From the IMG/VR virus record IMGVR_UViG_2671180846_000015: a stretch of 4,265 nt of DNA; one strand, 5' to 3'. Position numbers and translations under genes: made by a program. Below the pieces are notes generated by a model, which searched no databases, had not been told where the DNA came from, and saw only the letters and a list, made by a program, of their open reading frames with translations. This document shows positions 1 to 4,265 of the stretch, in pieces. This DNA comes from a virus (lineage: Duplodnaviria > Heunggongvirae > Uroviricota > Caudoviricetes). How positions within the stretch are numbered: position 1 is the first letter of the stretch; every line of letters begins with the position of its first letter.

Positions 1-143
1 TTCAGCAGCACGCTTTTTAATCCATCCACCGGACCTTCAATCGGCCCTTCGCTGATGGCATCAATCACACTCAGCAGCTGCGTGGATTTCAGGTTATCTT
101 TCGCTTCGCGCGGGGTATGCCCCTTACTGCTGCCTTTACCCAT
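1..143 (-). CDS. J: Tail tip host-specificity protein J (central tail fibre), N-terminal 47 codons only; the gene continues beyond the window start
   Basis: Reverse complement of 1..143 reads from ATG (143..141) as MGKGSSKGHTPREAKDNLKSTQLLSVIDAISEGPIEGPVDGLKSVLL with no stop before the window edge. This matches the lambda gpJ N-terminus as I recall it, and it sits 60 nt downstream of the I stop as in lambda. It is absent from the ORF track because it runs off the window. Confidence 0.85.
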   Translation of the reverse strand, partial: MGKGSSKGHTPREAKDNLKSTQLLSVIDAISEGPIEGPVDGLKSVLL

Positions 144-151
144 TCCTCACG

Positions 152-155
152 CTCC
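152..155 (-). promoter_or_regulatory. Candidate Shine-Dalgarno (GGAG) for J, 8-nt spacer to the ATG at 143
   Basis: Minus-strand reading of 160..141 is TTTATGGAGCGTGAGGAATG. The GGAG is 8 nt upstream of the J ATG; a second GAGG lies only 1 nt from the ATG and is too close to act as SD. Confidence 0.4.
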
Positions 156-165
156 ATAAACGACA

Positions 166-185
166 AAACCGCCCGCAGGCGGTTT
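166..185 (-). terminator. Candidate stem-loop in the I-J intergenic spacer (weak intrinsic-terminator-like or mRNA structural element)
   Basis: Perfect 8-bp inverted repeat aaaccgcc (166-173) / ggcggttt (178-185) with a 4-nt loop. On the minus-strand transcript it reads AAACCGCC-UGCG-GGCGGUUU followed by UGUCGUUUAU (U-rich but interrupted). It lies between the I stop (204) and the J start (143). Confidence 0.3.
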
Positions 186-203
186 CACATAAAACATTTT
201 GCA

Positions 204-875
204 TCAGCGACCAATCACCACAACCTGACCACCGTCCCCTTCGTCTGCCGTGCTGATCTCCTGAGAAACCACGCGAGACCCCACGCGCATTTCCCCGTAC
301 AGAACAGGCAGAACATTGCCCTGGGCAACCATGTTATCCAGTGAGGAGAAATAGGTGTTCTGCTTACCGTTATCCGTTGTCTGTGTACGGGGAGTTCTGG
401 CTTTCGGTGCCAGCATCTGCGCCACACCACCGAGCACCATACTGGCACCGAGAGAAAACAGGATGCCGGTCATACCACCGGCCCCAATGGCTGCCCCCCA
501 TGCTGCAAGGGTGGCTCCGGCGGTAAAGAATGATCCGGCAATGGCTGCAGCCCCCAGGACAATCTGGAATACGCCACCTGACTTGGCCCCGGCGACTCTG
601 GGAACAATATGAATCACAGCGCCATCAGGCAGAGTCTCATGTAACTGCGCCGTTAACCCGGACGCGCTGACGTCCCGCCCGGCAATCCGTACCTGATACC
701 AGCCGTCGCTCAGTTTCTGACGAAACGCCGGGAGCTGTGTGGCCAGTGCGCGGATGGCTTCAGCCCCCGTTTTCACACGAAGGTCGATGCGGCGGCCAAA
801 TCGTTGCAAATCCCCGTAAAGGCAGATGCGTGCCATTCCCGGTGACGCCAGAGGGAGTGTGTGCGTCGCTGCCAT
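204..875 (-). CDS. I: Tail tip assembly protein I (223 aa): N-terminal ubiquitin-like beta-grasp domain ending in Gly-Gly, then a Gly/Ala-rich hydrophobic C-terminal region
   Basis: Complete ORF with ATG at 875..873 and TGA at 206..204. Its 223-aa length and sequence (MAATHTLPLASPGMARICLYGDLQRF...) match lambda gpI as I recall it. It overlaps the 3' end of K by 103 nt in another frame, as in lambda. A purine-rich GGGAGAGG lies 11 nt upstream of the ATG. Confidence 0.95.
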   Translation of the reverse strand: MAATHTLPLASPGMARICLYGDLQRFGRRIDLRVKTGAEAIRALATQLPAFRQKLSDGWYQVRIAGRDVSASGLTAQLHETLPDGAVIHIVPRVAGAKSGGVFQIVLGAAAIAGSFFTAGATLAAWGAAIGAGGMTGILFSLGASMVLGGVAQMLAPKARTPRTQTTDNGKQNTYFSSLDNMVAQGNVLPVLYGEMRVGSRVVSQEISTADEGDGGQVVVIGR

Positions 876-1586
876 TTGTCGGTATACCTCTCCCGTTTAC
901 TCAGTTGTTCAGGAATATGGTGCAGCAGCTCGCCGTCACCACAGTAAATAGCGGCGTGATTCGGCACCGATGAACCAAAACAGCACAGCAGCACATCGCC
1001 CGGCTGCGCCGCTGACAACGGCACCTGATACAGCCCTGTGGCCTCCAGATTATCCAGATAGAGATTCTGACCGTTACGCCACCAGTCATCCTCACGCACA
1101 AAATCCGGCATCTCAATCTCCGCCAGATGATAAGCATCCCGGAACAGTGTGTAACAGTCCGTCACACCGTGCTCAAAGCGCCGCCCGGTGAGATGCGGCA
1201 CACAGCGGAACTTATGAATCTCACCCCGGCAGACCAGCCACCACGGCAAATCACTCTGCACCTGCAGCCGCCGGTCGGCCTCACTCAGCCAGGGCAGACC
1301 ACCGGGGTGGCTGTGGACCAGCGCCACAATCTCCCCCTGCATTTCTGCCTGCAGCCAGTCTTCCGGCGACATACGGAAATACGCCTCCGGCTCACCGGAG
1401 ATATTCACGCAGGGGAAATATCTTTCCCCCTCCGGCGTGCTTACCACGAAGCCGCACGACTCCGCTGGCGCACATCGCCGGGCGTGCGCCAGAATCGCTG
1501 ATTCNNNNNNNNNNNNNNNNNNNNNNNNNNNNNNNNNNNNNNNNNNNNNNNNNNTGCGCCAGAATCGCTGATTCTGTCTGTGTCAT
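773..1586 (-). CDS. K: Tail tip assembly protein K (JAB/MPN metalloprotease-like N-terminal domain + NlpC/P60 C40-peptidase-like C-terminal domain), interrupted in this assembly by an N gap plus duplicated flank
   Basis: The ATG at 1586..1584 opens MTQTESAILA, then the reading frame is broken by 50 N plus a 20-bp duplicated flank (70 nt, frameshifting). Deleting 1505..1574 gives one continuous ORF of about 247 aa: MTQTESAILAHARRCAPAESCGFVVSTPEGERYFPCVNISGEPEAYFRMSPEDWLQAEMQGEIVALVHSHPGGLPWLSEAD...DCYTLF...PNHAAIYCGDGELLHH...ASTFV, stop at 775..773. The intact part matches lambda gpK. The internal ATG at 1372 gives exactly 199 aa, the lambda K length I recall. JAMM motif HSHPx6Sx2D is at about 1274..1315 and the NlpC/P60-like Cys is at about 1154..1156. 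Confidence 0.85.
1485..1574. repeat. Perfect 20-bp direct duplication (tgcgccagaatcgctgattc) on both sides of the N gap; interpreted as an unmerged contig-end overlap, not a biological repeat
   Basis: 1485..1504 and 1555..1574 are identical. Collapsing one copy and the Ns restores the K reading frame and the lambda-like protein sequence across the join. Confidence 0.9.
1505..1554. other. Assembly gap (run of 50 N)
   Basis: Exactly 50 consecutive N, the conventional length for an unknown-size scaffold gap. It sits inside the K reading frame. Confidence 0.95.
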
Positions 1587-1591
1587 GGGAT

Positions 1592-2290
1592 TTACTGCGA
1601 AAGTTTGTTAATGGAAAGGAAGCCGCCAAAGTTGCCGACGTTATTGTGGAACTTACAACCGCTCAGGCATTTGCTGCATTTATCCTTCGTGATATCGGAC
1701 GTTGGCTGGTCATATTCATCCGCGACAGCCGGACCGCTATAACCGCACTCGTCACCGCGATAGGTCCAGGTGCAGGTGTTGGCCAGCATGATACGTCCCG
1801 GAAAAACAGCGCCNTCCGTTTCCGTCGGCGTGGACAGTACAAANGAGGCACTCACCGCGCTCAGTTCGCTGCACTGCTCAATGCGCCAGCGGCTGATCAC
1901 CTCCTGCTCCGGATCGGCGTAACTGTTTCCGTTGACGAAGTTCACCGCATCCAGAAAACGGGCGTAAACCTTACGCCTGACCACCGTTCCGCCGACCAGA
2001 CTCTGCATATCTTCCACCATACCGGTGACCATGCCGTGCAGGTTAGAAACCGTCAGTGTCGGACGGGCAGCACTGCCCTTGCCGTTCAGTTCAAATCCCG
2101 TCCCCTGAATGGGNTANNCCTGATACTGNCGCCCCTGCCAGNTNACCGGCTCACCTTTTTCGTTCTGCTCATTACAGAAAAAATAACGTTCNCCACCGAC
2201 CTCTGTCAGNTCGATTTCCCAGAGCACCACGCTGGCCGACTGCTCCGCACGGGTGCATTCATTCAGTGTTTCCTGCCGGATATCCTGCAT
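1592..2290 (-). CDS. L: Tail tip assembly protein L (232 aa) with a C-terminal cysteine cluster; contains 10 ambiguous base calls
   Basis: ORF with ATG at 2290..2288 (overlapping the M stop as TGATG) and TAA at 1594..1592. Its 232-aa length and sequence (MQDIRQETLNECTRAEQSASVVLWEI...CTWTYRGDECGY...CSKCLSGCKF...) match lambda gpL. Single N bases at 1814, 1844, 2114, 2117, 2118, 2129, 2142, 2144, 2192 and 2210 give X residues. AGGTGG lies about 7 nt upstream of the ATG. Confidence 0.93.
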   Translation of the reverse strand: MQDIRQETLNECTRAEQSASVVLWEIXLTEVGXERYFFCNEQNEKGEPXXWQGXQYQXXPIQGTGFELNGKGSAARPTLTVSNLHGMVTGMVEDMQSLVGGTVVRRKVYARFLDAVNFVNGNSYADPEQEVISRWRIEQCSELSAVSAXFVLSTPTETXGAVFPGRIMLANTCTWTYRGDECGYSGPAVADEYDQPTSDITKDKCSKCLSGCKFHNNVGNFGGFLSINKLSQ

Positions 2291-2619
2291 CAGTTCACCA
2301 CCTGTTTAAACTCTGCGCTGAACTCAACACGCAACATACTGACCTGCGACGACCATTTTGCGCAGGTCACCTTTATCTGCCTGTAACCATAAGGCGGCGT
2401 CCACAGAAAGGCCTTCCAGCCCCCGTGCTCAGCCAGAAACGACTCCAGCGCCGTGGCCTCCTCACGGGAGACAGACAGCGTCACGCTGTACGTTTTCAGG
2501 TCAGCGTTCAGCCCGGCAGGCACACGCTGGGAATAGCCATCACCAAAGCGCACCTCCCTGACGGAAGGGGCCGATGTCACATCCATACCGGGTTTCACTT
2601 TCCAGCGGAAGGTTTTCAT
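2290..2619 (-). CDS. M: Tail tip assembly protein M (109 aa)
   Basis: ORF with ATG at 2619..2617 overlapping the H stop (ATGA) and TGA at 2292..2290. Its 109-aa length and sequence (MKTFRWKVKPGMDV...RVEFSAEFKQVVN) match lambda gpM as I recall it. Confidence 0.95.
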   Translation of the reverse strand: MKTFRWKVKPGMDVTSAPSVREVRFGDGYSQRVPAGLNADLKTYSVTLSVSREEATALESFLAEHGGWKAFLWTPPYGYRQIKVTCAKWSSQVSMLRVEFSAEFKQVVN

Positions 2620-4265
2620 CGTCCACCTCCGGAGAACAGGCCACCATCACGCATCTGTGTCTGAATTTCATCACGGGCACCCTTGCGGGCCATGTCATAC
2701 ACCGCCTTCAGAGCAGCCGGACCTATCTGCCCGTTCGTGCCGTCGTTGTTAATCACCACATGGTTATTCTGCTCAAACGTCCCGGACGCCTGCGACCGGC
2801 TGTCTGCCATGCTGCCCGGTGTACCGACATAACCGCCGGTGGCATAGCCGCGCATCAGCCGGTAAAGATTCCCCACGCCAATCCGGCTGGTTGCCTCCTT
2901 CGTGAAGACAAACTCACCACGGTGAACAATCCCCGCTGGCTCATATTTGCCGCCGGTTCCCGTAAATCCTCCGGTTGCAAAATGGAATTTCGCCGCAGCG
3001 GCCTGAATGGCTGTACCGCCTGACGCGGATGCGCCGCCACCAACAGCCCCGCCAATGGCGCTGCCGATACTCCCGACAATCCCCACCATTGCCTGCTTAA
3101 GCAGAATTTCTGTCATCATGGACAGCACGGAACGGGTGAAGCTGCGCCAGTTCTGCTCACTGCCGGTCAGCATCGCGGCCATATTCTGTGCAATACCATC
3201 AAAGGTCTGCGTGGCTGCACTTTTTACCTGCGACATACTGTCCGTGGCGCTCTCTTCCCACTCACTCCAGCCGGACTTCAGGCCTGCCATCCAGCTCCCG
3301 CGAAGCTGGTCTTCAGCCGCCCAGGTCTTTTTCTGCTCTGACATGACGTTATTCAGCGCCAGCGGATTATCGCCATACTGTTCCTTCAGGCGCTGTTCCG
3401 TGGCTTCCCGTTCTGCCTGCCGGTCAGTCAGCCCCCGGCTTTTCGCATCAATGGCGGCCCGTTTTGCCCGTTGCTGCTGTGCGAATTTATCCGCCTGCTG
3501 CGCCAGCGCGTTCAGGCGCTCCTGATACGTAACCTTGTCGCCAAGTGCAGCCAGCTGGCGTTTGTACTCCAGCGTCTCATCTTTATGCGCCAGCAGGGAT
3601 TTCTCCTGTGCGGACAGCTGGCGACGTTGTGCCGCCTCCTCCAGTACCGCGAACTGACTTTCTGCCTTCCACAAATCCCGGCGCTGCTGGCTGATTTTCT
3701 CATTCGCTCCGGCATGCTTCTCCAGCGTCCGGAGTTCTGCCTGAAGCGTCAGCAGGGCAGCATGAGCACTGTCTTCCTGACGATCGCCCGCAGACACCTT
3801 CACGCCGGACTGTTTCGGCTTTTTCAGCGTCGCTTCATAATCCTTTTTCGCCGCCGCCATCAGCGTGTTGTAATCCGCCTGCAGGATTTTCCCGTCTTTC
3901 AGTGCCTTGTTCAGTTCTTCCTGACGGGCGGTATATTTCTCCAGCGGCGTCTGCAGCCGTTTGTAAGCCTTCTGCGCCTCTTCGGTATATTTCAGCCGTG
4001 ACGCTTCGGTATCGCTCTGCTGCTGCGCATTTTTGTCCTGTTGAGTCTGCTGCTCAGCCTTCTTTCGGGCGGCTTCAAGCGCAAGACGGGCCTTTTCACG
4101 ATCATCCCAGTAACGCGCCCGCGCTTCATCGTTAACAAAATAATCATCCTTGCGCAGATTCCAGATGTCGTCTGCTTTCTTAAACGCAGCCTCTGCCTTA
4201 ATCAGCATCTCCTGCGCGGTATCAGGACGACCAATATCCAGCACCGCATCCCACATGGATTTGAA
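2616..4265 (-). CDS. H: Tail tape measure protein H, C-terminal about 549 codons (5' end beyond the window); coiled-coil-rich middle region, Gly-rich hydrophobic segment and C-terminal domain
   Basis: The ORF is open from the window edge (4265) to TGA at 2618..2616. The first in-window residues FKSMWDAVLDIGRPDTAQEM... through to ...MRDGGLFSGGGR match the C-terminal two thirds of lambda gpH (853 aa) as I recall it. The track's ATG at 4256 is internal, not the true start. A Gly-rich stretch GIVGSIGSAIGGAVGGGASASGG is encoded at about 3083..3015. Confidence 0.95.
   Translation of the reverse strand, partial: FKSMWDAVLDIGRPDTAQEMLIKAEAAFKKADDIWNLRKDDYFVNDEARARYWDDREKARLALEAARKKAEQQTQQDKNAQQQSDTEASRLKYTEEAQKAYKRLQTPLEKYTARQEELNKALKDGKILQADYNTLMAAAKKDYEATLKKPKQSGVKVSAGDRQEDSAHAALLTLQAELRTLEKHAGANEKISQQRRDLWKAESQFAVLEEAAQRRQLSAQEKSLLAHKDETLEYKRQLAALGDKVTYQERLNALAQQADKFAQQQRAKRAAIDAKSRGLTDRQAEREATEQRLKEQYGDNPLALNNVMSEQKKTWAAEDQLRGSWMAGLKSGWSEWEESATDSMSQVKSAATQTFDGIAQNMAAMLTGSEQNWRSFTRSVLSMMTEILLKQAMVGIVGSIGSAIGGAVGGGASASGGTAIQAAAAKFHFATGGFTGTGGKYEPAGIVHRGEFVFTKEATSRIGVGNLYRLMRGYATGGYVGTPGSMADSRSQASGTFEQNNHVVINNDGTNGQIGPAALKAVYDMARKGARDEIQTQMRDGGLFSGGGR
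2626..2630 (-). promoter_or_regulatory. Shine-Dalgarno (GGAGG) for M, 6-nt spacer, embedded in the 3' end of H
   Basis: Minus-strand reading upstream of the M ATG is CTCCGGAGGTGGACG-ATG. Confidence 0.5.

Noticed and set aside
191-200. Short palindrome aaaacatttt just downstream of the I stop
   Set aside because: Only a 4-bp A/T stem, too short and weak to form a meaningful structure or protein-binding site on its own.
117-448. Plus-strand 75-aa ORF (117..344) and minus-strand alternate-frame 77-aa ORF (215..448) near the I-J junction
   Set aside because: They overlap I and J in other frames or on the other strand, with no RBS or recognisable product.
773-1447. ORF-track start for K at 1447 (224 aa)
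   Set aside because: The codon at 1447..1445 is GTG and falls mid-domain (..GFVVSTPEG..). The frame continues upstream to the gap, and the conserved JAB N-terminal motif lies beyond it, so this is an ORF-caller truncation at the N gap.
1485-1574. 20-bp direct repeats as a target-site duplication or att-like site of an inserted mobile element
   Set aside because: The sequence between the repeats is only Ns, and collapsing the repeat restores an intact conserved ORF, so this is a contig-end overlap and not an insertion.
1392-1586. 64-aa minus-strand ORF that looks like a separate small gene, or evidence of programmed frameshifting in K
   Set aside because: It is the true K N-terminus (MTQTESAILA) run into a wrong frame by the 70-nt artefact (50 N plus 20-bp duplicated flank). 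The frame change is explained by the assembly join, not by a slippery site.
1580-2386. 268-aa plus-strand ORF, and the overlapping 202-aa plus-strand ORF at 2056..2664
   Set aside because: Both are antisense to L and M, which are confidently assigned by sequence, length and junction architecture. They contain X residues from N base calls and have no start context, so they are open antisense frames in GC-rich coding DNA.
3007-4001. 172-aa and 176-aa plus-strand ORFs (3007..3525, 3471..4001) inside H
   Set aside because: Antisense to the tape measure gene. Their low-complexity Pro/Ala/Leu/Arg-rich translations are typical of the reverse strand of a coiled-coil-rich gene, and there is no RBS or plausible product.
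4254-4256. ATG at 4256 as the start of H
   Set aside because: The frame stays open upstream to the window edge (FKS precedes MWDAV), and the 546 aa correspond to the C-terminal part of an 853-aa lambda H, so this is an internal Met.

Overview
This window is the tail-tip/tape-measure assembly module of a lambda-type siphovirus (prophage), read entirely on the minus strand in the order H (tape measure, 5' end beyond the window) - M - L - K - I - J (first 47 codons). The translated products match the phage lambda gpH, gpM, gpL, gpK, gpI and gpJ sequences as I recall them, with the same tight start/stop overlaps. I see no previously undescribed system, cargo gene, RNA gene, CRISPR array or mobile element. 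The most useful observations are technical and interpretive. A 50-N assembly gap flanked by a perfect 20-bp direct duplication (1485-1504 = 1555-1574) inserts 70 spurious nt into K and frameshifts it. K in its full form (about 247 aa from the ATG at 1586) carries the conserved Glu of a JAB/MPN(JAMM) metalloprotease domain upstream of the 199-aa start I recall for lambda K. I and K together form the known phage ubiquitin-like (I, beta-grasp + Gly-Gly) / JAB + NlpC/P60 (K) pair. Ten isolated N base calls cluster in L, suggesting a consensus over diverged prophage copies. The plus-strand ORFs in the track are antisense artefacts.
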